Of a stretch of DNA of 64,000 nucleotides, positions 20,026 through 29,810 are shown piece after piece; position 1 is the stretch's first letter; each line of letters starts with the position of its first letter. This DNA comes from Bacillota bacterium (GTDB lineage Bacteria > Bacillota > SHA-98 > Ch115): contig JABLXA010000017.1 of the NCBI GenBank assembly GCA_013178415.1, positions 69,747 to 133,746 on the forward strand, in the 5' to 3' direction. The position numbers and the translations under genes are program-made. The notes under the pieces were generated by a model that worked only from the letters and a program-made list of their open reading frames with translations, searched no databases and was not told the DNA's origin.

Positions 20026-20748
20026 CTAGGTTAGCTTTACATAATAACGGCATTTGTCACCTCTGACAATGCCTTTGCATACCTCTACGGGGCGTCCTGA
20101 TTCGCTGTAAGCAATCCTATGAAGAAGCAGCGCCGGTGATCCTTCCTTGACTCCTAACATCTCAGACTCATAATCGTCAACGCACACTGGCTCAAAATAT
20201 TCCTCGGCCCTGACAGGCCGGATCCCATATATCTTTTCCATCAGGTCATAGAGCGAGTTTTTTTCCAACGCCTCAAGCGTCAGACCCGGGAACAGGTCCG
20301 CTGGCAACCATGAAGTCTCAAGAATCACTGGCTCGCTTTTGACCAATCTCAGCCTCTGAATCTCAAACACATTAGCGCCTTCACTCAATTGGAGCTGAGT
20401 TCTTATTTTGGCATTGGGCGCCACTTCCTTGAGGTGCAGCACTTCAGTCCCGGGATTCAGCCCTTTCGTCTCCATGTCCTTGCTGAAGCTATAAAACCGC
20501 TCCAGACCTTGCTCTATTTTAGGAGAATTTACAAATGTTCCCTTACCTTGCTTCCGATAGAATAGCCCTTCTCTCGTCAGATCCTCGATGGCGCGCCGGG
20601 CGGTGGCCCTGCTTACACCATACTCCATGGCAAGGCGCGGCTCTGAAGGGATCAACTGATGAGGCCTCCATTCCCCGGATTCAACCTTTTCTCTGAGAAT
20701 TTCTTTCAGCTGATGGTATAATGGTATGATGCTGCTGGGGTCAATCAT
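20026..20748 (-). CDS. GntR-family regulator (HutC/UTRA subfamily)
   Basis: PLYHQLKE, PSEPRLA, VSRATARRA, RKQGKGTFV and RGDKCRY motifs. Confidence 0.92.
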   Translation of the reverse strand: MIDPSSIIPLYHQLKEILREKVESGEWRPHQLIPSEPRLAMEYGVSRATARRAIEDLTREGLFYRKQGKGTFVNSPKIEQGLERFYSFSKDMETKGLNPGTEVLHLKEVAPNAKIRTQLQLSEGANVFEIQRLRLVKSEPVILETSWLPADLFPGLTLEALEKNSLYDLMEKIYGIRPVRAEEYFEPVCVDDYESEMLGVKEGSPALLLHRIAYSESGRPVEVCKGIVRGDKCRYYVKLT

Positions 20749-20804
20749 AATAACACCTTCAGTTACTAAATATGGTGAAATCCATTCGTAAACCAGGCAA
20801 CTCG

Positions 20805-22019
20805 TCAGTCGGTCTCATATATCTTCACACCTTGAACTACTCTGCTGATAACGCCATCCTCACTCGGGTTATCCGGCCTAAGTCCCAGGTTGATAGAGGC
20901 AAACAATCCCAGAAGCTGACCGAAGACCACATATCCCAGACCTTGGACACTGTCCGTGATATCTGGGGTCTGCAAATCTATCACTATATCACAGACCTGA
21001 GATAACCGCTCGGACCAGTTCTCGCCGCACAGCGCCACCCTCCTGCCACCCAAACCCTTCATCTTGATCTCTGACATAAGATCCAGTTGATAATTCCTCA
21101 GATACGAACTGTTTGAAGTCAAATAGACCACGAGGGTCTCGTCGTCTATCACCGCCATTGGCCCATGTCGCAATCCAAGCGTAGTTTCGGCTTTGCATAT
21201 GGTCTTCCCACTGCTCATCTCCTGCAGTTTGAGACTGCACTCAAGCGCAATCCCGTATAGATCTCCATCCCCAATGAATACCGCCCTTCTTAAGCCCCTT
21301 TGAGCCAAATCAGAAGCATACCCGGCCAGAATCTCAATATCCCTCTCAATTGACCTTGAGATAGTATCCAGCATGCCCGGGTACCCCTCCGGGTTGCCCG
21401 TAGCCAGATATGCAAATTGCTGAGCCGCGACCACCATACTGGAGAAAGAACTGGTCATCGCCAGCCCCTGGTCATTAGTCAGCTCAGGCAATGTCAACAC
21501 CATATGCCCGCTGTCACCCTCGGCGAGCCTGGCCAGACGTCCCTTCGGATTGCAGGTAATCGTCATGGCACGCATGCCCTGCCTTGCCTTCTTACATGCC
21601 TTGTATGCCGCAACACTCTCAGGACTATCACCTGACCTTGCAAAAGACACCAAGATGATGTCCCCTAAAGGGAGAGACCAGCTTGGATCCGTGACAATAT
21701 CAGTGCTGGGAACGGATCTTGTATCCACACCGAATGGGGAAAATGCCATCTTGAAAAATCGCTCGACCGCCCGTCCTGCAAATTCCGAGCTTCCTGCTCC
21801 GGAGAGGACAAAAGTTACCTTTGGACCATCTATAGCTCGGCTAACTGAGATGATATCACTCAGAAAGGCTCGTATCTCCTCCGATTTATCTTTCAGGAGC
21901 CTTGATGTCTCCATCCAAAGACCGGGCTGTTGGGCAATCTCCTTCGGAGTAAAGAGCAAACCTCTCTGGGCTTTCTCTTGAGGGGACATCGTCAATAGTG
22001 CTTGAAGCTGGCCAGTCAT
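20805..22019 (-). CDS. agaS: AgaS-like SIS-domain sugar-phosphate isomerase/deaminase
   Basis: TPKEIAQQP, GAGSSEF, SFARSGDSPES, NDQGLAMTSSFS, LGLRHGP and ISRVVQGVKIY motifs; start from SD GGAGGTG. Confidence 0.82.
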   Translation of the reverse strand: MTGQLQALLTMSPQEKAQRGLLFTPKEIAQQPGLWMETSRLLKDKSEEIRAFLSDIISVSRAIDGPKVTFVLSGAGSSEFAGRAVERFFKMAFSPFGVDTRSVPSTDIVTDPSWSLPLGDIILVSFARSGDSPESVAAYKACKKARQGMRAMTITCNPKGRLARLAEGDSGHMVLTLPELTNDQGLAMTSSFSSMVVAAQQFAYLATGNPEGYPGMLDTISRSIERDIEILAGYASDLAQRGLRRAVFIGDGDLYGIALECSLKLQEMSSGKTICKAETTLGLRHGPMAVIDDETLVVYLTSNSSYLRNYQLDLMSEIKMKGLGGRRVALCGENWSERLSQVCDIVIDLQTPDITDSVQGLGYVVFGQLLGLFASINLGLRPDNPSEDGVISRVVQGVKIYETD

Positions 22020-22207
22020 GTAACGCACCTCCGCCATACGCAACCCTATTCTCCCGCTATCGCATCGCATGGGCATATATACTAGTGAATATGAGGATGG
22101 AAAACACAAACTGATCATAACACTGTTGTCCGTACAACCGTTCATTAGATATGATTCTACATTTCCTGAAAAACTCCTTCTTTTACTGCAAGAGTCATAA
22201 ATCTCAT

Positions 22208-23440
22208 TCAGAATCGTATGGATACTGATTTTGGCCTTCGCTGCCTTACCATTCTTCGGGAAAATGCTACAACGAGCAAGAAACCAGCAATGGCCATCGA
22301 TATCGCGTTCATGAGCATGCCAGATCTGAGGCCGAAATTATCTGCCACTATTCCCATAAGCCATGGCAGCGCCACAGCTCCAGCTGAAGCTGACCCATAG
22401 ATGAAGCCGGTGACCATTCCACTTCTGGCAGGGAAGAGACCTGTGGCATAGGATGTGATAACGGGGAATATCCCGGCGCTGGCCAGGCCAAAGCCTGCTA
22501 TTGCGATAAACCCCATGAACTGAGAGCGGATCCAGGCTATAGGCGTTAGCGCCGCTGCAGCACCCGTCATATATACAGTAAGGAGCAGGAGATTATCTTT
22601 CGAATCGCTCATCTTGGCGGAGATCAATCGTCCTATCACAATAGCGCCAAAAAGCGTAAATAAGGCTAGAGATCCAATCACCTGGGTGGCTCCCAGTATA
22701 TCTTTGAAATACATTACCATCCAAACAGCCAGGTTGCGGTATACACCGGAATAAAAGAACATCGCTATAGTAGGTATCAGGAGATCAAATGTCCACGTCG
22801 TTGGATGATCGCTGTGAGAAGAAAGAGAATTCCCCTGAGCGGCACCACCTATTCCCTGGCCGGGTTTCTCTTGCACCCGGCATCGAAAGAAGACGACGGT
22901 AACGCCAAACACCAGGGAAGCTAAGGCAAGAAGCGAGAACCGCCAACTCATTCCCTTCGCGAGGGCAAAAGCTATGAGCACAGGGAAGATGGCAGCCCCA
23001 AGACCATAGGCTGCATGGAGCAGGCTCAAATATTTCCCCTTTTCCCGGCCTCCGCCTTCGACTAAAACTGCATTTGTCATGGGATCGATGAATCCAAAAG
23101 CAATGCCCAAGACAGCTATACTGACCACAAGGAGGATGTATGAAGAGGCCGCCGCCATAAATAAAGGGCAGGCGATCAGCAGTATAAGGCCTATCAGTAA
23201 GACCCTGACGGGTCCCAGATGATCCGACATAAACCCCGCCAGAAAGATTATAGGCGGACCTGTGAGGCTTTGAACGGCGCTGATCACCCCTACCTGGCTA
23301 AGGGTGAGGTTGAACCCATCGACAAGATTAGGCAATATGGTACCTATGACATTCGAAGCCGCCGCGAAAACCATCTGGATTGCATAAACCGCCCAAACAG
23401 AAGGGGGAATAGAGCCAAATCCCATCTTGATCTTCATCAT
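22208..23440 (-). CDS. MFS transporter
   Basis: About 12 hydrophobic segments; AGFMSDHLG and GRLISAKMSD motif-A-like loops. Confidence 0.85.
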   Translation of the reverse strand: MMKIKMGFGSIPPSVWAVYAIQMVFAAASNVIGTILPNLVDGFNLTLSQVGVISAVQSLTGPPIIFLAGFMSDHLGPVRVLLIGLILLIACPLFMAAASSYILLVVSIAVLGIAFGFIDPMTNAVLVEGGGREKGKYLSLLHAAYGLGAAIFPVLIAFALAKGMSWRFSLLALASLVFGVTVVFFRCRVQEKPGQGIGGAAQGNSLSSHSDHPTTWTFDLLIPTIAMFFYSGVYRNLAVWMVMYFKDILGATQVIGSLALFTLFGAIVIGRLISAKMSDSKDNLLLLTVYMTGAAAALTPIAWIRSQFMGFIAIAGFGLASAGIFPVITSYATGLFPARSGMVTGFIYGSASAGAVALPWLMGIVADNFGLRSGMLMNAISMAIAGFLLVVAFSRRMVRQRRPKSVSIRF

Positions 23441-23457
23441 CTTATCTCCCAAATACT

Positions 23458-24582
23458 TCATTCCGGCGGATGACACCTCACTATAGCCAGTTCCTCGCCT
23501 GGCGTGGCTTGAATGCGGAAACTGCGAAGGCTGGCAGGGAGGAAGATCAACCCTGCTTTTCTTAGCTCAGTCTCCTGGCCATCTACTATGATTCTCCCGG
23601 AACCAGAGAGCACTATGAGGGTTGAAAAGCATCCATCGGCTTGAAGTTCAAGAGAATCGCTGATCTCCAGCTTTGTGAGACGGAATTTGTCTGTGTCGGC
23701 ATACCCTATCAACTCGTATTCCGACCCGCCTGTCTCCTCGCGGATCGTCCTGGGCTGAAGCCGCCATCGTTTCAAGGTCTCCTCATAAGAATAGGAATCA
23801 TAATGGAAGCAGTCAAACATCTTTTCAAAGCCGACACCTTGATGATAATAGGATTCAGCGATAGGACGGCCATTTAACATCTTCCGTTCGACCCTGATGG
23901 TGTAGTCTGTCGGCTCCTGGATCTCGATGAGGAAACACCCCGGACCGATGGCATGCGGCATCCCTCCCTCGATAAGCAGCACCTGGCCGGGTACTACTGG
24001 GAAACGATGCAGGCTGTTAATCATACCATGGATATCTTGTTTCTCAAATAGCTCTTTCCACTTTTCTCGGGTCATTCCAGGCTTGAACCCGAACAGGAGA
24101 TATGGGTCTTCTCCATCTACCTGCCTTCCGCCCAGCACATACCAGGCCTCGGTCTTTCCAAACTGGGAGGCGAGCACGTTGCGCGCGAACTCCCTGTCTG
24201 GATGTACCTGAATCGGCAACCGGCTCTTGGAATCCAGCACCTTGGCGAGCACTGCCGTGTTGGCCCCATACTTCTTCACATGTTCTTCTCCAAGAAAAGC
24301 CACAGGATCTGATTCGATCATCTCTTTCAATGTAGCGGACCGGCGGCCCAAATCAACCATGCTAAGCCCTTCTACGATATGTTCCCGACCTGGGTTACGC
24401 GCCGTTACAATTGACGCCACCCATACCTCCGGGAACTCGCCGTCCCGTGGGTCCGGAAGTCCCTGCCACTCCTCGATTTTCATCCCGCCAGTATATGAGC
24501 GCCAGACTCTGGGGCTGCTGAGCACCATGGGGCGCCTGCTAAAAAGAATAAGATCATTTCCTGTCACATACTTCTCCTCCAT
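23458..24582 (-). CDS. Type I phosphomannose-isomerase-like cupin
   Basis: LPIQVHPD, GKTEAWY, GMPHAIG and EIQEPTD motifs. Confidence 0.8.
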   Translation of the reverse strand: MEEKYVTGNDLILFSRRPMVLSSPRVWRSYTGGMKIEEWQGLPDPRDGEFPEVWVASIVTARNPGREHIVEGLSMVDLGRRSATLKEMIESDPVAFLGEEHVKKYGANTAVLAKVLDSKSRLPIQVHPDREFARNVLASQFGKTEAWYVLGGRQVDGEDPYLLFGFKPGMTREKWKELFEKQDIHGMINSLHRFPVVPGQVLLIEGGMPHAIGPGCFLIEIQEPTDYTIRVERKMLNGRPIAESYYHQGVGFEKMFDCFHYDSYSYEETLKRWRLQPRTIREETGGSEYELIGYADTDKFRLTKLEISDSLELQADGCFSTLIVLSGSGRIIVDGQETELRKAGLIFLPASLRSFRIQATPGEELAIVRCHPPE

Positions 24583-24614
24583 CTGATAAGCGTCTGTTAA
24601 GATAATTCCGCCAT

Positions 24615-26234
24615 CTACAGTTCCGGAAATATATCCCTTAACCGCGGATAGAGACTCCTATATACCTCGAAAAGCGCTCGATATCGAGCGCACGCATTGG
24701 CAGACAGCGCCCAAGGATCCTCTACATGGGGCTGCTCTACAGGAGACGGCTCCCTTTGAGATTGTACCATCTGAACTTGATTTGCCTGAGTCCATTCATC
24801 CTGAGGCCGGACGGTGTCTGTGTATTGCACCCTCCCATCGCATGCCTCTTCGATGTCGCGGTATATACCCGCGCCCACACCTGCAAGAAGGGCGCATCCA
24901 TAGACAGAATGTTCCTCATTACCTACGATGGTAACTGGCATGTCATAGATATCCGCTTGTATCTGCCGCCATAATCGGCTCCTGGCTCCGCCACCCGAGC
25001 ATAGGATTTTGTCAACCGACACGCCAAGCTCCCTAAATATCTCCAGCGATTCCTTCATGGCAAAGCTCACACCTTCCATGATGGCGCGGATCATGTGTCC
25101 CCTGCCATGCCGGAGTGTAAGCCCAACGAATGCGCCACGAGCCTGGGGGTCCATATGGGGCGTGCGCTCGCCGGACAGGTACGGCAGGAATATCAGGCCA
25201 TCAGAACCCGCCGGGACCTTTGCCGCTTCCCTGGAGAGAATCTCATACGGGTCAATGCCGGTAAGCTCGCCTGCTAGTTTTTCCGCATAGCCAAACTTAT
25301 CTCTGAACCACCTCAGAGAGAGTCCCGCCGCCAATATGGCGCCCATCAGGAGCCATTTCCCGGGAACCGCGTGGCATAAGGTATGCAGCCGCCGCTTCGG
25401 GTCGAGAACCGGCCTGGATACGCAGGTAATCAATTGGCCTCCAGTTCCAATTGTTGAAGCTGCGATCCCATCCTTTATGACTCCGCTCCCGATGGCGCCC
25501 ATGGCCTGATCTCCGCCTCCAGCTATGACTGGAGTCCCCATGGCAAGCCCTGTCTCCTTCGCCGCTTGCGAAGTTATCTCACCTGCTATAGCAGAGGACT
25601 CCAGGAGATTTGGCAGGATATCTGGCGGAATCCCAACCGCCTTTACGACCTCCCCAGACCATGCTCTTTTCGTAATGTCTAAGAGAAGCGTGCCTGTGGC
25701 ATCTGTCAGGTCTGTGGCTACCTTCCCTGTAAGTCTGAGTCGAACATAATCCTTGGGGAGAAGGAGTTTTGAGGTTTTCCTGAGGATATCTGGCTCATTA
25801 TGCTTGACCCATAGGAGCGATGTCGCCATAAATCCCGTCGCGACGGGAAGCCCGGAGATCTCATACAATCGCTTCGGGCCCACCGCATCGGCAAGCTCCT
25901 GGCATTCACGAGCACTTCTTTTATCAGGCCATATAATGGCTGGCCGGAGGCAATTCCCCTCCCGATCGACAAACACCGTGCCATGCATCTGGCCAGAGAG
26001 CCCGATACCCTTTATACTTCGGGAATCAACGCCTGACTTGGACAGCACCTGCCTTATAGTATCCTTTGCTGCATCCCACCAGGTTTCAGGATCCTGCTCG
26101 GCCCAGTCCGGCATTGGGATCGATATGGGATATTCCTTGCTTGCCAGGCCAAGGATATTCCCATCTGTATCTATCAAAATAGTCCGCGCGCTTGAAGTTC
26201 CTATGTCAATGCCGAGCAAGTATTGCATTTGCAT
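24615..26234 (-). CDS. xylB: FGGY-family sugar kinase (xylulokinase-like)
   Basis: GIDIGTSS, SGQMHG, PKDY, GGGDQ, PYLSGERTP and SGGGARS motifs. Confidence 0.85.
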   Translation of the reverse strand: MQMQYLLGIDIGTSSARTILIDTDGNILGLASKEYPISIPMPDWAEQDPETWWDAAKDTIRQVLSKSGVDSRSIKGIGLSGQMHGTVFVDREGNCLRPAIIWPDKRSARECQELADAVGPKRLYEISGLPVATGFMATSLLWVKHNEPDILRKTSKLLLPKDYVRLRLTGKVATDLTDATGTLLLDITKRAWSGEVVKAVGIPPDILPNLLESSAIAGEITSQAAKETGLAMGTPVIAGGGDQAMGAIGSGVIKDGIAASTIGTGGQLITCVSRPVLDPKRRLHTLCHAVPGKWLLMGAILAAGLSLRWFRDKFGYAEKLAGELTGIDPYEILSREAAKVPAGSDGLIFLPYLSGERTPHMDPQARGAFVGLTLRHGRGHMIRAIMEGVSFAMKESLEIFRELGVSVDKILCSGGGARSRLWRQIQADIYDMPVTIVGNEEHSVYGCALLAGVGAGIYRDIEEACDGRVQYTDTVRPQDEWTQANQVQMVQSQREPSPVEQPHVEDPWALSANACARYRALFEVYRSLYPRLRDIFPEL

Positions 26235-26382
26235 TTTCCCTCATACACACCTCCAGAGAATTAAATTTGCCATACTTAGCCCTATACCTGCCAATCTGAG
26301 GATATATGCATACAAGCCAAACCGAAAAGTTGCGCCTAATACGCAAGGCGTCCAACATCCACGGCCAATAAGCCGTCATCGC

Positions 26383-26589
26383 ATGACGGTTAGCATAGCA
26401 CATAGATGGTCATCCCATGACAATCACCCGTGGCGAATAGACTATCACCATATGACGGTCATCATCGCAGATAGATCGTCATCCCGTGACAATCATCCCC
26501 TGCGAACAAACTGTCACCATATGATGGTTGGAATGGCAAATAGATCGTCATCCCGTGACAATAACCAGTGGTGAAGAGACTGTATGATA
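26383..26589 (+). repeat. Three degenerate 69-bp tandem units upstream of the kinase gene
   Basis: Units start at 26383, 26452 and 26521; shared core ATAGAT(G/C)GTCATCCC(A/G)TGACAAT. Confidence 0.85.
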
Positions 26590-26791
26590 TCCATTGCGAA
26601 CAAATTGCCGCCGCGTTATAAACCAATTATCCCAAATAAATAGCCTGCACCTGGAAGGCCCCAAATGAAGGAATCCCAGATGCAGGCTAAGCATATTGAT
26701 ACCGATGTCACTCAGATAACAAATCTAAAAACGTTCGGTTAACGAAATTCGGTCTGCCAGCGCCAGGTTGCAATTCGCGACTTCCATAGCA

Positions 26792-28519
26792 TTATTGAGC
26801 CGGCTTGAGCCTACCATCACGAATCATCAGCACCACGAAGGAGTCTGCATAGGCACTGTTCCGGTAAATAGGATCCTCATCGCCGGGCCAGCCTGTAACT
26901 CTGACTTTATCGAGGGCCGGGTTGTTGCCATAGCGCTCCCAGAGTGGCACGATCGGCAAGAGTTCGTTGAAGACCTTCGCGATCTTTGTCACCATGGCCT
27001 TCTGCTTAGCCTCGTCAAGGCCCTTGGCGCACTCAATAGTCAGCTCCTCGAGATCGACCTTGCCAAGCGAGGTTTCCTGCACCATTGGGAAGTTCATCCC
27101 GGGTCCCGGAGCCTGAACATAGTTATAGGCGAATAGGTCGGCTACATATGAGAAGTGCGGATGCGGGTTGGCGGCACCCCAGCCCATTATGGCAATCTGG
27201 AATCTCTGATTGTATACATCGATTGAATGCTGGCTGTATGTTATTCCGCGGACAGTTGTCTTGATGCCAAATCGCGTCATCTGTTGGGCCGCATTCTCCG
27301 CCGCGGCGGCCCAGTCTGCATATTCGGCAGGAACCCGGAGCTCAAACTCCATCCGCTCGCCCTTATCGGTGACCCAGACCCCATCCTTGCCTTTCTTGAA
27401 ACCTATGCTCGTGAGGAGCTTTTCAGCCTTCGCGGGGTCATACGGATATTCATTCAATTTGGCCAGATCTTCTTTGGAGATCCAGAGCGGCGCCAGATTG
27501 TCACTGAATCCTGTCATATACTTCTGCCTGCGAGCCGAGTTCCCAAGGGAAACCATGGCATTCTCGTCGCGGTTGATGACATAAGCGATAGCCTGCCGGA
27601 CTTCTTTCCGATTCAGCGGGTAGATATCATTATTGAATACTAGCGCCGGGCCGGAATAAAGCGGTGGCCTCAAGATCCTTATGCCGGCGGAGATAAATGC
27701 CTTTTCAGTGGCCGGCGGGAAACCATGTGTCGCATAATCAACCTGCTTTGCAAGGCAAAGAGGCGTGACGACAGGTGTCTCACCATTATACAGGAGAATC
27801 TTATCGAATTTGACCTTAGATGCAGCCCATGAAGTATTAACCTTCTTGAGAGTCAATTGAGCCTCAGTAATGCTGTTCCTATCAATCTCATATGGCCCTG
27901 TGCCCACCATACGCTCAGGCCGGAACTGCTCAAACTCCATGCGTAGGGCCTTAACTTCTTCCGAATCTTGATCCTTGCCAGCCGCTTTGAGCTTCATGGC
28001 CTTCTCCGCATATTGGCCATAGACTGAATGCGCGCGGATCTGGGTGCGCAGAACATATCTTACAATTGTGCTGGTTGGGGTCTTCATATGAAAAACAACC
28101 GTATATTTGTCGGGAGTTTCAATTCTATCAAGATATTTCCACACAACCCAGTTCATGAGGTAACCAACATTAAAGGTCGTTGCAACATCCTTAGAAGTGA
28201 ACTCGCTCCCATCATTGAATTTTACCCCTTGGCGCAGTTTCACCTCAAATTTGTCTGGAGGAATCAGTTTCCATGATGTGGCCAATATGGGCACCCACGT
28301 CCCATCAGCCCATTTGTACATCGCCAGGGGTTCTTCCATCAAGTCATAATAGATCCCGAGGGAAAGGTTGTTAATCACATATGTGTTGTAATGACCTACC
28401 GGGGGAAGAAGGTATGGCATGGCTCCGTTGAACTGCCCGCTGGCAAATGCCACAGAAACCAGGCTCATAGCGAACAGGCTCACCAAAATGAGGGTCACGA
28501 ACAAATACTTGCACCTCAT
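26792..28519 (-). CDS. Family-5 (OppA/DppA-like) ABC substrate-binding protein, probably for oligosaccharides
   Basis: SPI-type signal peptide; LRQGVKFNDG, VGTGPY and VRQAIAYVINR motifs; last gene of an oppBCDF-type operon. Confidence 0.88.
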   Translation of the reverse strand: MRCKYLFVTLILVSLFAMSLVSVAFASGQFNGAMPYLLPPVGHYNTYVINNLSLGIYYDLMEEPLAMYKWADGTWVPILATSWKLIPPDKFEVKLRQGVKFNDGSEFTSKDVATTFNVGYLMNWVVWKYLDRIETPDKYTVVFHMKTPTSTIVRYVLRTQIRAHSVYGQYAEKAMKLKAAGKDQDSEEVKALRMEFEQFRPERMVGTGPYEIDRNSITEAQLTLKKVNTSWAASKVKFDKILLYNGETPVVTPLCLAKQVDYATHGFPPATEKAFISAGIRILRPPLYSGPALVFNNDIYPLNRKEVRQAIAYVINRDENAMVSLGNSARRQKYMTGFSDNLAPLWISKEDLAKLNEYPYDPAKAEKLLTSIGFKKGKDGVWVTDKGERMEFELRVPAEYADWAAAAENAAQQMTRFGIKTTVRGITYSQHSIDVYNQRFQIAIMGWGAANPHPHFSYVADLFAYNYVQAPGPGMNFPMVQETSLGKVDLEELTIECAKGLDEAKQKAMVTKIAKVFNELLPIVPLWERYGNNPALDKVRVTGWPGDEDPIYRNSAYADSFVVLMIRDGRLKPAQ

Positions 28520-28629
28520 ATTTCACTGCCTCCTCATTCAAAATTCTAAAATTCCGCTCCTGACTCTGATCTCCCTTACCCCTCTCCAATTTCCCCACTC
28601 TCGCGCACATCTACCGGTCAATTATCAAC

Positions 28630-28824
28630 TTATCTCACGCCACCACCTCCACTGCGCCTTACCATGATCACTACAACAGTGAGAAACAAGGCACCGATTA
28701 TCACCGTGAGCAGCGTCACCCCAAACTCGGGAGTGCTTCTCCTCTGGAACGGCAGAAGCAAGAGTGAGACAAATGTGACATAAAAAGCTATTCTAAATGC
28801 GAGTCTCCCCATTTCGGGGCTCAT
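28630..28824 (-). CDS. Small two-TM membrane protein (64 aa) within the opp-like operon
   Basis: ATGA overlap with the OppF stop at 28821-28824; two hydrophobic helices flanking QRRSTPEF. Confidence 0.7.
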   Translation of the reverse strand: MSPEMGRLAFRIAFYVTFVSLLLLPFQRRSTPEFGVTLLTVIIGALFLTVVVIMVRRSGGGGVR

Positions 28825-29810
28825 GAGACCCGCCCCCTGATTGCCATGTGACATGATACCTGGTGTCCGTCCTCAATTTCGACCAACTCTGGTTCTTTGG
28901 TATTGCACAAGCCTTCCTCATAATAAGGGCACCTTGGGTGGAATGTACAACCCGGTGGAAGATTCAAGAGACTTGGGATATCTAAACTTCGAAGCTCTAC
29001 CCGCTGTTTGCTGCGAGTCATTTCCGGATCTGCTTCAGGAATCGCAGAGATGAGAGCGGAGGTATAGGGATGCAGCGGCTTTTCAATTAAATCGGGCGTA
29101 GTGGCTATTTCGACCAGCTGGCCCAGGTACATCACGCCAATCCTGCCCTCCCAGGCAAAATACTTGGCCAGGGCCAGATCATGTGTAATGAAAAGGAAGG
29201 TGACTCCCATCTCACGCTTTAACTGCGTGAGCAGGTTGAGCAAACTTACTCTTATGGAGACATCTACCATTGAAACAGCCTCATCAGCGACTATAAATCG
29301 CGGCTGGACGGTGAGCGCCCTCGCCACCGACACTCGCTGTCGTTGCCCCCCACTGAGCTGATGGGGATATTTGTTGAGAAATTCCTCAGGGGGAGTAAGC
29401 CCTACGGTTTCGAGAAGTCTCTGGACCTCTGCGAGGGCTTCTTTATGGTTCTTGACGATCCGGTGGCGAAGAAGCGGCGCGCTCAATATTCTATAAATCG
29501 TATGAACGGGATTTAGGGAAGCATAAGGGTCCTGGTGGATGATCTGTACCGACTTACGATATCTCCTGAATTCATCTTTTTTCATCGACCAGACTTCCTT
29601 GCCTTCAAAAAGCAACCTCCCTGCACTGGGCGGCAGAAGGCCAGCGGTCATCTTACCAGTCGTAGTCTTGCCGCACCCACTCTCTCCTACGAGACAGACG
29701 ATCTCTCCCTCGGAAATCGAAAAAGAGACGTTATTGACGGCGCGTACCTCCCGGCCCCGCCACCTGAAATATTTGCTTACGTGCTCTACTTCTATCAAAG
29801 GTGTATTCAT
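28821..29810 (-). CDS. OppF/AppF-like ABC ATP-binding protein
   Basis: GESGCGKT, QLSGGQRQR, HPYT and CTFHPRC motifs; ATGA overlap with the upstream gene. Confidence 0.92.
   Translation of the reverse strand: MNTPLIEVEHVSKYFRWRGREVRAVNNVSFSISEGEIVCLVGESGCGKTTTGKMTAGLLPPSAGRLLFEGKEVWSMKKDEFRRYRKSVQIIHQDPYASLNPVHTIYRILSAPLLRHRIVKNHKEALAEVQRLLETVGLTPPEEFLNKYPHQLSGGQRQRVSVARALTVQPRFIVADEAVSMVDVSIRVSLLNLLTQLKREMGVTFLFITHDLALAKYFAWEGRIGVMYLGQLVEIATTPDLIEKPLHPYTSALISAIPEADPEMTRSKQRVELRSLDIPSLLNLPPGCTFHPRCPYYEEGLCNTKEPELVEIEDGHQVSCHMAIRGRVS

Noticed and set aside
25753-26574. 273-aa plus-strand ORF
   Set aside because: Mostly antisense to the kinase and extended by the 69-bp repeats; only the repeat was kept
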